Origin: a virus | Virus record (IMG/VR): IMGVR_UViG_3300045988_062794 | Reading direction: 5' to 3' (one strand) | DNA: 64,000 bases | Shown here: one piece after another, positions 9,716-17,315 of the stretch | Layout: the number at the start of each line of letters is the position of its first letter | Numbering within the stretch: position 1 is the first letter of the stretch | Program-made: the position numbers and the translations under genes | The notes under the pieces: generated by a model | Told to the model about the DNA's origin: nothing | The model's input: only the letters and a program-made list of their open reading frames with translations | Database searches by the model: none

Positions 9716-10102
9716 CTATTTGTTTTTACTAATGAAAGCTACCACATTGTATGGATTTACTAATTGACTATCTTTAAAGAGATCAAAATGTGCAGCAGCT
9801 TTAGAAGGATACGCTACAATATCACCTACTTCAGGATGATTCTCTTTATCTTGCCATTCATAATTTGAAGGGATTGCTAATACTACACCCTTTCTAAAGG
9901 TAGTAGGTACTTTCTTTACTTCTGTTTTAGTATCATACTTGTCAATACCATCTACATCTTTCTTACCAGTTGGTATTGGTTCTGAGATCTCTTTCTCAAT
10001 ATATTCTTCAGGTAACGGTTTAACTAAAATGTCCCGAGTAAACGAATACTCTACTTTTTCTAGTACCTGATCCAGTAATATATTATCTTTATTCTCTGCC
10101 AT
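9716..10102 (-). CDS. putative GroES/gp31-like co-chaperonin
   Basis: Pattern ILVKPL ... KGVVLAIP ... VGDIVAY ... NVVAFI parallels GroES VIVKR ... GEVLAVG ... VGDIVIF. It has a long insertion where the mobile loop sits. Confidence 0.4.
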   Translation of the reverse strand: MAENKDNILLDQVLEKVEYSFTRDILVKPLPEEYIEKEISEPIPTGKKDVDGIDKYDTKTEVKKVPTTFRKGVVLAIPSNYEWQDKENHPEVGDIVAYPSKAAAHFDLFKDSQLVNPYNVVAFISKNK

Positions 10103-10150
10103 AATCCTTATTTTTGCTGTTAAAACGCGTTATAATGCAAATTGTTCCTT

Positions 10151-10396
10151 TTAAAAGTTACTATATTTCAGTATATTTCCTCCAGTACAGCAGATATTTA
10201 GTGCTAACTGTGGACAGTGTTCCCTATCTTCAAATGCACAATTATCGCAACTACCATTATTTTGTGGGTGTATTATGTATTCTATACCGTCAATAGTAAC
10301 AAAACCTTTTAAGATAGCTTCTTTAGCTTCTGGTTCTCCCATATTAGTCATAATATTCAAATTCATCATCTGAGTATAAATCCTCAAACTCATCAT
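10151..10396 (-). CDS. hypothetical Cys-containing protein (81 aa)
   Basis: ORF containing CDNCAFEDREHC...CC. Confidence 0.4.
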   Translation of the reverse strand: MMSLRIYTQMMNLNIMTNMGEPEAKEAILKGFVTIDGIEYIIHPQNNGSCDNCAFEDREHCPQLALNICCTGGNILKYSNF

Positions 10397-10539
10397 AAAA
10401 ATAGAAATCTTCCATATACTATTACTTTAGATATTAGTAGTATAATCCAGAGTAAGGAGTAATGGTTGATATTACTTACTATCTCTATATATACTCTCCT
10501 ATCTCTCTACTCTAGACATAGAGAGTAACGAAATATATA

Positions 10540-10716
10540 TTAATTTTGTTCTATTTCTATCAAATATTTGTGCAATATGTCACTCTTATTATCTCCTTTA
10601 TTAGCGTATTTTACTACTTTATACTTAGCGTTTCTACCAATAACAGGCCAATATTCTGTTGTATAATACTCTTCTATTACTTCTTTTTCTCTATTTGATT
10701 TACAATTTTTTAACAT
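10540..10716 (-). CDS. hypothetical protein (58 aa, below ORF-track cutoff)
   Basis: Hand translation: MLKNCKSNREKEVIEEYYTTEYWPVIGRNAKYKVVKYANKGDNKSDILHKYLIEIEQN. It fills an otherwise empty gap in the late block. Confidence 0.35.
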   Translation of the reverse strand: MLKNCKSNREKEVIEEYYTTEYWPVIGRNAKYKVVKYANKGDNKSDILHKYLIEIEQN

Positions 10717-10736
10717 CTTTTAACTATATTTAACTA

Positions 10737-10967
10737 TTATACAAAACTCATACTATCATGAGTACCATTTGTGTTCTTACAAAAGAGTTCACAGCCTGTC
10801 ATATATTCTGATATAAGCTCCCCTGGTGTATCTGTTTCTTCTATATAAATCTCTAAGATATCACCATTTTCATATACTTTTTGATATGTTTTATAGCTCC
10901 AATCTCCTACTTTATTATCTTTTACTTTGGTAAAACCGTGCTGTTCTAACCACTCTGAGCGTGTCAT
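10737..10967 (-). CDS. hypothetical protein (76 aa), first gene of the minus-strand block
   Basis: ORF bordering the divergent control region. Confidence 0.5.
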   Translation of the reverse strand: MTRSEWLEQHGFTKVKDNKVGDWSYKTYQKVYENGDILEIYIEETDTPGELISEYMTGCELFCKNTNGTHDSMSFV

Positions 10968-11183
10968 TTTAACATTATTTAATTATTTTTAACATATAGC
11001 TTCTAACGTACACATAAAATTTTTGTTAAAAATATGTAAAAAATAAAAATTGAGCGCAAGGAGAAATTTGAGAGAGCGGGAAGTAGTATATAATTGCCCT
11101 CCCCCTATCATAAGTGAAAGGAAAGTCCCCCGGGGGTTCTCAATGCATCAAGCTGTGTTTTGGGCTTGTTATTTGCTTTAATA

Positions 11184-11218
11184 ATGCATCAAATTGGTTA
11201 ACTTATTTGTTTATTGTG
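11184..11218 (+). promoter_or_regulatory. bipartite motif copy C: ATGCATCAA-N20-ATTGTG (candidate early promoter)
   Basis: Exact 20-nt spacing shared with the copies at 11751 and 12332. Lies 79 nt upstream of the 11297 ATG. Confidence 0.45.
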
Positions 11219-11296
11219 ATTATTAACGTTTCAGCCACAGCGGAAGGCGGTTGTGGTGTAGTACTACTACTGAAGGGTAGATAGCCGAGAAGAAAG

Positions 11297-11704
11297 ATGA
11301 AGTGCGCAATCATGGAGTTGGAAGCAAAACAAGCAAGTAATGGTAACTGGTATGTGAACATCACAGCACAGCCAGAGAACGATCCATTTGCTGAAGAGTT
11401 ACACTACCGTATGTGGTGTAGCGAAGCGTTAGCTGAGAAGCTAACAGCTAAGAAACCAGCGTCTATCGAACTAAGACGAGTTAGTGTTAAGGTTGAGCAG
11501 TTCCAACGGGTTGATGATGACGGTACAATCAAGCCACAAGTGTTCAACACCTTGTCTGTGGTGGTACGTCAGTTCCAGAATGCAGATGTAGATGACCCAA
11601 CAGTCATGGCTGAGAAGCTGCGTTCATCTCTGTTGAAGGACGGTAAGATCTGTGATGTCCAGACAGATGACTTTGACGGTGCTACTGGTGACATTCCTGA
11701 GTGA
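11297..11704 (+). CDS. early protein, paralog of 12534..13154
   Basis: 135 aa. Shares MKCxI...NGNxY...DxF...YxM...AxxLxAKxP...VxVK...GDIPE with the 206-aa ORF. G+C-richer than its surroundings. Confidence 0.65.
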   Translation: MKCAIMELEAKQASNGNWYVNITAQPENDPFAEELHYRMWCSEALAEKLTAKKPASIELRRVSVKVEQFQRVDDDGTIKPQVFNTLSVVVRQFQNADVDDPTVMAEKLRSSLLKDGKICDVQTDDFDGATGDIPE

Positions 11705-11708
11705 GAGT

Positions 11709-11741
11709 AAGGGCTTCGGCCCTTCTCTTCATTCTTTTGTT
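11709..11741 (+). terminator. intrinsic terminator
   Basis: AAGGGC-TTCG-GCCCTT hairpin (11709-11724) followed by a T-rich run. Confidence 0.65.
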
Positions 11742-11750
11742 TTCTACGAC

Positions 11751-11785
11751 ATGCATCAAGTCCTTTTCCCTCTTAGCAGATTGTG
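11751..11785 (+). promoter_or_regulatory. bipartite motif copy A: ATGCATCAA-N20-ATTGTG
   Basis: Begins 27 nt after the terminator hairpin. About 50 nt are alignable with copy B. Confidence 0.45.
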
Positions 11786-12099
11786 AGGAGTATATTATAA
11801 AGTGTATATTTCTCATCATATTTATATTTATTTATATTCTTATGCCTAAACAGGTGATATTAGCCAGTATCATCGCTTTAAGTAAGAGTGTAGGCTAGTA
11901 GAGAACGGCATCTCTACGAAATCAGTAGCTATTGGTTAAACCTCTTTAGAAAAGGACTACTGAGCTATTATCCTTTGATAGCAAGCTTGATACCGAGTGA
12001 CTCTCGGTTGCATGTCGTAAAGACCAGGTAGGTGGTATAGTCAACTGCATCTAGACTACCTGGTTTACTTTTGATTATTAATCAATAAAATTATATATT

Positions 12100-12282
12100 A
12101 TGATAGCAGTGGTAAGATGCTATAAGCACATAACTCCGGTAATTGTTACAGTATTTGAAAAAAACGATGAACAAACTCAGAAAGATGCTCTAGAAATGGC
12201 TACTATCTTAAGTAGAAGAGACAACTGTGAGTATAGAGTAATGGTAGAGTATTGGGTTGCGTTTGGTACTCCAGCAAAGTAA
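12100..12282 (+). CDS. hypothetical early protein (60 aa)
   Basis: ORF preceded by TACTTTTG (12066-12073), which fits the Bacteroidota -7 pattern TAnnTTTG. Confidence 0.45.
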   Translation: MIAVVRCYKHITPVIVTVFEKNDEQTQKDALEMATILSRRDNCEYRVMVEYWVAFGTPAK

Positions 12283-12290
12283 GCTATTTA

Positions 12291-12330
12291 TAAGGTGTTG
12301 GTTTTGCCTTCACCTTATTTACTTTCTTAT
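12291..12330 (+). terminator. hairpin terminator candidate
   Basis: TAAGGTG (12291-12297) pairs with CACCTTA (12311-12317) around a 13-nt loop, followed by a T-rich tail. Confidence 0.45.
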
Positions 12331-12331
12331 A

Positions 12332-12366
12332 ATGCACCAAGTTAATTACCCTTTTAGCATATTGTG
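12332..12366 (+). promoter_or_regulatory. bipartite motif copy B: ATGCACCAA-N20-ATTGTG
   Basis: Same spacing as copies A and C. Begins 15 nt after the preceding hairpin. Confidence 0.45.
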
Positions 12367-12533
12367 CGAGATATAGTATACTTATAAGCGTACGAGAGTA
12401 TTAGAGTATGAGGATTAGATAATCCTCACCTTTCATCTTTTTCATCTCTTTCTCTTATTACTCTTTACGCCTATATATAATATATAGCGTATCATAGACA
12501 ATTAAACAATTAAACAACTAAATTATCAAAATT

Positions 12534-13154
12534 ATGAAATGTGACATTTTAGCTCATGAATTTAACACAGCTGAGAACGGTAATAGATACTGTAAGCTGG
12601 AAGTACGTCAATCTGGTGACGAATTCGGTAGAACATTCAATTATGTAATGTTTATTACTGATGCAATGGAAGCAGCTTTAGAAGCTAAGTTTCCGAAGTT
12701 TATCTACCTACAAGAGGTACGTGTAAAGGCACCTAAACCCTTTTATAGAGTTTGGGAGACTGATGGACCTGGTCATGCTCAGGGTGAGTTTGTTACTCGG
12801 CCTAATAGAGAAGATCCTGATAATCCTATAATGATTGTATTTGAGGATATCAAAGTTATTATTAGAACTATGCCTGATGGTTCACCCGCAAGAGGTGAAG
12901 ATGCGCAGAAATTAGCTGAATCAAGCTATTATAGAGGTATTAGTATGAATACTATTGTACCTATAGATGCGTATGATGATGGTGATACTGATAACAATAT
13001 TGGTGCTACAAATACAGGAGCTGATCCATTTGCTGGGGCATCTACAGCTGGTGATGGTGATATACCTGAAACCGCTACAGATCCAGCAGAACAACCTACG
13101 CAACAACCCGCTGGTAGACCGACTGGTAGACCTGGCGTAACAATTAGACGTTAA
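12534..13154 (+). CDS. early protein, paralog of 11297..11704, with Asp/Gly/Pro-rich C-terminal extension
   Basis: 206 aa. The N-terminal ~100 aa align with the 135-aa paralog, and the GDIPE motif is shared. Confidence 0.65.
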   Translation: MKCDILAHEFNTAENGNRYCKLEVRQSGDEFGRTFNYVMFITDAMEAALEAKFPKFIYLQEVRVKAPKPFYRVWETDGPGHAQGEFVTRPNREDPDNPIMIVFEDIKVIIRTMPDGSPARGEDAQKLAESSYYRGISMNTIVPIDAYDDGDTDNNIGATNTGADPFAGASTAGDGDIPETATDPAEQPTQQPAGRPTGRPGVTIRR

Positions 13155-13168
13155 TAATCATGAGAATG

Positions 13169-13199
13169 GCTGGTCTTAGTGATCAGCTGTTCTTTTTTT
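13169..13199 (+). terminator. intrinsic terminator
   Basis: GCTGGTC-TTAGT-GATCAGC (one G-U pair) followed by TGTTCTTTTTTT. Confidence 0.6.
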
Positions 13200-13231
13200 C
13201 AATTTACAAACGATAATCTGTATATTGTAAT

Positions 13232-13432
13232 ATGAGACAGTTAAATTCATTAGAAGAAAATGCTTTAAAGATTTCAAAATACTCTACAATAGCATTTGTT
13301 ATATTCTTCTTTTTCTTTATAGGCTTTGTTGCAGAGTCTGTACGCCCTTTATACATATTGGGTGGACTAATGCTTATAGTATGGAAATACATAGCATACG
13401 TTGCTATAAAAGATCTATTACATATTAATTAG
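13232..13432 (+). CDS. small membrane protein (66 aa, two hydrophobic segments)
   Basis: ORF with hydrophobic stretches IAFVIFFFFFIGFV and ILGGLMLIVW. Confidence 0.4.
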   Translation: MRQLNSLEENALKISKYSTIAFVIFFFFFIGFVAESVRPLYILGGLMLIVWKYIAYVAIKDLLHIN

Positions 13433-13434
13433 TC

Positions 13435-13659
13435 ATGAGTAAGAAGAAATATCACAAGCAAAATTGCAATAGCTCAGTACGTGCTGTTGTACATTTAGGT
13501 AATGAAATTATTTCATTAATAGGGACACATGCCTTTGAATGGTCTATTGTAAAACAGACTAAGAATAAGGTAAACATTCTCACATTCTCTAATAGAGAAA
13601 TGGCTGTTAAGGATTTTGAAAAATACAAGAACTTAGAGCATGAAAGCGGAAAGAGGTAG
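13435..13659 (+). CDS. hypothetical protein (74 aa)
   Basis: ORF packed against its neighbour. Confidence 0.45.
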   Translation: MSKKKYHKQNCNSSVRAVVHLGNEIISLIGTHAFEWSIVKQTKNKVNILTFSNREMAVKDFEKYKNLEHESGKR

Positions 13660-13882
13660 TTTAATTCAGCAATTAATAGGTAGAAAAATAACTATTATAA
13701 GCTGTAATTTAGTCGGTACAGTTATATATGCAGAGATTGCTAAACAGAGTAGATCTGTAAATATACTATTAAGGGTTAAAAGACTTGATAAATTGTCCTA
13801 TAAGAGCATTACAGAAGATAAAGAGATATCTCTTAGTCTTACAGGCTTATTAAAGGATGTCAGGTTACATGCCTTAATATAA
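13640..13882 (+). CDS. hypothetical protein (80 aa)
   Basis: ORF with a 20-nt overlap onto the previous ORF. Confidence 0.4.
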   Translation: MKAERGSLIQQLIGRKITIISCNLVGTVIYAEIAKQSRSVNILLRVKRLDKLSYKSITEDKEISLSLTGLLKDVRLHALI

Positions 13883-14073
13883 CTTTTATTGAACTAATTA
13901 TTCATTAAAAGACATAGTCTTATAGAAAGACAATATCCGAATTAACTTGTTGAATATGTAAATTATAGACTCTATCTCGGATAACATGTGAATGGACTAG
14001 AGATTATCTTAACCAGAGTAAGATTTGCTTGACGGCATTATATCATTACTCTGGTTATTTTAAACTAATCAAC

Positions 14074-14370
14074 ATGAAAAAGTATCACAGACTACGATTA
14101 CTCAGTAATCTCATTGAGATAATTGAAATGATATTGTTCATACTATGGGGATTATCAATATTATTTATTGAATCATTCATAGGTCTTCTCATCTATTATA
14201 TGGTAGGCATCATACCTATCTTATTTATTTGGCGAAAACATATAGTTAAAAAGCATTTAAAAAAGAAAATATATGCTACTATTTGTATTTTTAACAGGTT
14301 GCTTATTGATAGCATATCTGTACTACGTGCTCACAATAAGAGCAAAAAAGAGGAAAAAGCTTTTAAATAG
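14074..14370 (+). CDS. small membrane protein (start moved to ATG at 14074)
   Basis: The track ORF 14029.. starts on TTG inside a 10-bp hairpin (14011-14020 / 14047-14056). The ATG at 14074 is in frame. The product is hydrophobic. Confidence 0.35.
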   Translation: MKKYHRLRLLSNLIEIIEMILFILWGLSILFIESFIGLLIYYMVGIIPILFIWRKHIVKKHLKKKIYATICIFNRLLIDSISVLRAHNKSKKEEKAFK

Positions 14371-14647
14371 GGTTCATAGAGTATTAAATATGTTATATGC
14401 TTCTAAAAACTCTATTGAAAACACAGAAGATCTTTCCGATATACGATTCTATGTTAATAGATTAGGATCTTATATTAATCTAATTGAAGCTGATATATTT
14501 GATTCAGAAAGACTTGCAAATTACTATCAAGAGTATATGGAAGCTTTAAAAGAATATGAAAGTATTTCTGCAGTAAAGAGAATAGCATTAGCTCATACTC
14601 GATACTGTATTAGTAAATTAGAAGAATACGAGAGAACTCTTAATTGA
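14273..14647 (+). CDS. hypothetical protein with N-terminal transmembrane segment (124 aa)
   Basis: ORF that overlaps the previous ORF by 98 nt, so one of the two boundaries is probably wrong. Confidence 0.4.
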   Translation: MLLFVFLTGCLLIAYLYYVLTIRAKKRKKLLNRVHRVLNMLYASKNSIENTEDLSDIRFYVNRLGSYINLIEADIFDSERLANYYQEYMEALKEYESISAVKRIALAHTRYCISKLEEYERTLN

Positions 14648-14653
14648 TATAAT

Positions 14654-15052
14654 ATGGAAAGGAATAAGAACTTCGCGCATTTTCTGCAACAGATAGGATA
14701 TATTCCATATGAATTAGATATGAAAGTTCAGAAATTCTTTAATGTCAAAGATCCTGATTTTATTAGTTCATATGGTCCTATAAATATAGAGTTTTTTCCA
14801 TCTTGGCTAGGGCCAGAAATACCGCTAAATGCGGTAGTAAACAGGAGTGAAAACTTCTGTTATGGATTGCATGAACATGGACACAGTCCTTGTTTAATCT
14901 ATCCACGACCATATGTACTATGGACAAATGATCTAAATGAACTAAGAGCTACTAAAATATACCCGGATATAATTATGGATCGTATAATCTCTAAATACAC
15001 GTGTGAAGAGATATACCGTGCCATAACGCAAAATAATATGCTTATTCTCTAA
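14654..15052 (+). CDS. hypothetical protein (132 aa)
   Basis: ORF. Confidence 0.5.
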   Translation: MERNKNFAHFLQQIGYIPYELDMKVQKFFNVKDPDFISSYGPINIEFFPSWLGPEIPLNAVVNRSENFCYGLHEHGHSPCLIYPRPYVLWTNDLNELRATKIYPDIIMDRIISKYTCEEIYRAITQNNMLIL

Positions 15053-15069
15053 TATCCCGGTAATTAGAA

Positions 15070-15155
15070 GTAAATGTAGTTTAAACACTATTATAGTGTA
15101 AGGAGAAAACAAGCAATTTTCATTGCTTATAAGAGTTCGAGTCTCTTCATTTACT
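15070..15155 (+). ncRNA. tRNA-like element 1 (86 nt): canonical acceptor stem and T arm, expanded D region, non-canonical 6/8-nt loop in the anticodon-arm position
   Basis: GTAAATG pairs with CATTTAC (7 bp). T arm is AAGAG-TTCGAGT-CTCTT. The internal arm AAGCAA-TTTTCA-TTGCTT cannot form a 7-nt anticodon loop. An extra hairpin ACACT-ATTAT-AGTGT sits in the D region. Confidence 0.55.
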
Positions 15156-15183
15156 TTTTTTAGATCATTTTAAATAATACAAT

Positions 15184-15534
15184 ATGCTAAGATTAACAAC
15201 TATTCAGAAGTTACCGTGGACGAAACTATTCTCGGTAGCAAATTTGTTTATACGCTATTTGGGTCTTACTAAGTATGACGCATTTCGGCTAGCGTATAGT
15301 TGCGTGTGTGGTCATAATATCCTTATTCAAGGGCCACAAAGAACCAATTTCTATTTGTTGCATAATAAACTGTCTAATATCAATTTTCGAGTATATCTTG
15401 AACAAGTTGATGGTTTATCTATGCAAATAGATAGAAAATACTATGAACCTGTGAGAATGGGTTTAGAGAGAAAAGGTAAACCAAATCTTTGGGAAAGCAA
15501 ACTCAAAGAGGTACTGATTTTTAGAACTATTTAA
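15184..15534 (+). CDS. hypothetical protein (116 aa)
   Basis: ORF. Confidence 0.5.
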   Translation: MLRLTTIQKLPWTKLFSVANLFIRYLGLTKYDAFRLAYSCVCGHNILIQGPQRTNFYLLHNKLSNINFRVYLEQVDGLSMQIDRKYYEPVRMGLERKGKPNLWESKLKEVLIFRTI

Positions 15535-15551
15535 CTTAGATAAGAGTAGAA

Positions 15552-15947
15552 ATGACAATAAAACTTTTATTTAATTATAAGAATTTAGATCAAAAACTTC
15601 GCCAAATAAAACTTTTACAAACATTGTTTGGTTTAGGTTTAAAGGAAGCTAAATATGCTGTAGATTGTGGAGAAATTCTACAATGTGAATGTGATAAAAG
15701 TATAGTCGAAACGATTCGAAGTAGTAATGCTAATATTGAAGTAATAACACTTCCTTCTCCAATAAAAGCAGAAGAATCATTTCAGCTAACAGTTTATTCG
15801 AATTTACAGAATTTATTTCCTCAGGATAAGTCAGAATGTGTACTTATAAGTAAAGAAGAATATAATCTTTTAACTAAATACAAAGGATTATACTTAGATA
15901 TAATTGGTACTCTCAACAATGTTGTAAAGCAATTTTCAAATTCTTAG
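15552..15947 (+). CDS. protein with N-terminal ribosomal bL12 (L7/L12) C-terminal-domain-like module
   Basis: [29 protein letters not shown]...IEVI compares with E. coli L7/L12 [30 protein letters not shown]...VEVK. The GLGLKEAK core is identical. Confidence 0.6.
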   Translation: [131 protein letters not shown]

Positions 15948-15989
15948 TTTTATACCTTTACTCAGTTATTAATTAATAATTTATCAAAA

Positions 15990-16499
15990 ATGGAAAATCA
16001 AAGTTCAGGAGCCTTTAAAGGCTTTGTCGCAGTAATTTTATTGCTGCTTGGAGTATGTGCCGGCATTTGCACATACAAGTACGTGAAGGGAGAAATCCCA
16101 AACATTACACAATCCGCTACGGAAGAGTTTATTGAATCCGAGATGGAAGCAGTGCCTACAGTGGAAGAAGCTATGCAAGAATGGAATGATCTTAAAGAGT
16201 CATCCAGGTGTTACGAAGTTTATAGTAACTTTCCACCTGAAATAATGCAGGCATTGTTCGAGAAATTAGGAACGCAAGAGCCTATAAAGAGGTATGTTCA
16301 AGAGTATGAACGTAACAGGGAATACTACATATCTCTACAGATTGCGGAACAATTAAAACATCAAGGACTTAATAATCCTGGAGTAGATGGAAAAAGGATT
16401 GAAGGAGTAGAAATAACTACTAAGTTAAAGAAAGAAAAGGAACCTGAGAAGGTACCAATTCCAGCAAAAGCTGCCAAGGATACAATAGTGTATCAATAA
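15990..16499 (+). CDS. membrane-anchored protein (169 aa, one N-terminal TM)
   Basis: ORF with hydrophobic FVAVILLLLGVCAGICTY near the N-terminus. Confidence 0.5.
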   Translation: MENQSSGAFKGFVAVILLLLGVCAGICTYKYVKGEIPNITQSATEEFIESEMEAVPTVEEAMQEWNDLKESSRCYEVYSNFPPEIMQALFEKLGTQEPIKRYVQEYERNREYYISLQIAEQLKHQGLNNPGVDGKRIEGVEITTKLKKEKEPEKVPIPAKAAKDTIVYQ

Positions 16500-16793
16500 C
16501 AGTTTACAACTTCATTATTTCTTCAGTGGCTGTACTTGCATGCGAATGTAGGTGCAGTCGTCCTCAGAAAATGACAAACCTGTGGGGCGTAAGTAACTAA
16601 GTAGTAATACTATAATGTCAGTATGTAGTATTACACTGAAACTGACTGTTATGATCGTGCGGACGTAAAAATCAGGTAGATGATAAGAATTGTACTGACA
16701 ATACAATTCTGCTGTATCTTAAAACAAGTTTTGATAGTCAAATTTTCCTAAACCAATCCTCGTTATTAGGTAAAATTTCTTTTTGTTTACGTA

Positions 16794-17315
16794 TTGCTAC
16801 AACAATACACATCTGTTATGTATTTATTTTGCATTGTAGTTGTAGATACAATGCCGTCATCAACAATTTTAATAAAATCAAAAATGAAAGCAACAGTAAA
16901 CGGGTTAGCAATGATTGTATTGCCTCCCAACATTTCTGTAGAAGAAGCAGAGGTTTTATTCTCTGAAGTACTTAAAAAATTGCGTTCAGAATCTGCTAAG
17001 ATTTCTGTTATTAACGCTAACAATGAAGCATTTGCAAGTATTTTTAATGCTAATGACTTATTCAAGCCAAGTGAAGCTCGAGTATTACTTGCAGATAATT
17101 TATTAGTAAAGTTTGCGCAATTTGTTAACGATCCTATCTCTTTTGCAACGGCGTTTGTCAGTGAGTACTATGGCCCTCGTGATGAAATCAATCATGCTGT
17201 AGTAACAGATATTGCCAGTATTGAAGAAGGCTCTGCTGATTGGGCTTTATTCGAGAGAAAGAGATTAACATTTCTTATCTATCAATGTCGTAACATTCTC
17301 AATAATCAACGATAA
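16794..17315 (+). CDS. hypothetical protein (start uncertain; internal Mets at MPSST/MKATV plausible)
   Basis: 173-aa ORF. Confidence 0.45.
   Translation: MLQQYTSVMYLFCIVVVDTMPSSTILIKSKMKATVNGLAMIVLPPNISVEEAEVLFSEVLKKLRSESAKISVINANNEAFASIFNANDLFKPSEARVLLADNLLVKFAQFVNDPISFATAFVSEYYGPRDEINHAVVTDIASIEEGSADWALFERKRLTFLIYQCRNILNNQR

Noticed and set aside
11113-11140. GAAAGGAAAGTCCCCCGGGGG, which resembles the RNase P RNA CR-I box (GAGGAAAGTCCGGGC) and contains a CCCCCGGGGG palindrome
   Set aside because: Only about 9 nt match. No partner P4 strand or other RNase P conserved regions lie nearby, and the segment is too short (about 200 nt, shared with the promoter motifs). It is probably coincidence or a protein-binding palindrome.
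11701-11898. 65-codon plus-strand ORF after the first early gene
   Set aside because: It starts on a non-ATG codon at the stop of the previous gene. It runs straight through the terminator hairpin (11709-11724) and promoter-motif copy A.
15085-15128. Reading element 1 as a suppressor or frameshift tRNA, either via ACAC-TATTATA-GTGT with anticodon UUA or via an 8-nt loop ATTTTCAT
   Set aside because: The first hairpin lies in the D region, has only a 4-bp stem and would put A at position 33. The second arm leaves only 2-3 nt before the T stem and more simply closes to a 6-nt loop. Neither gives a credible decoding tRNA.
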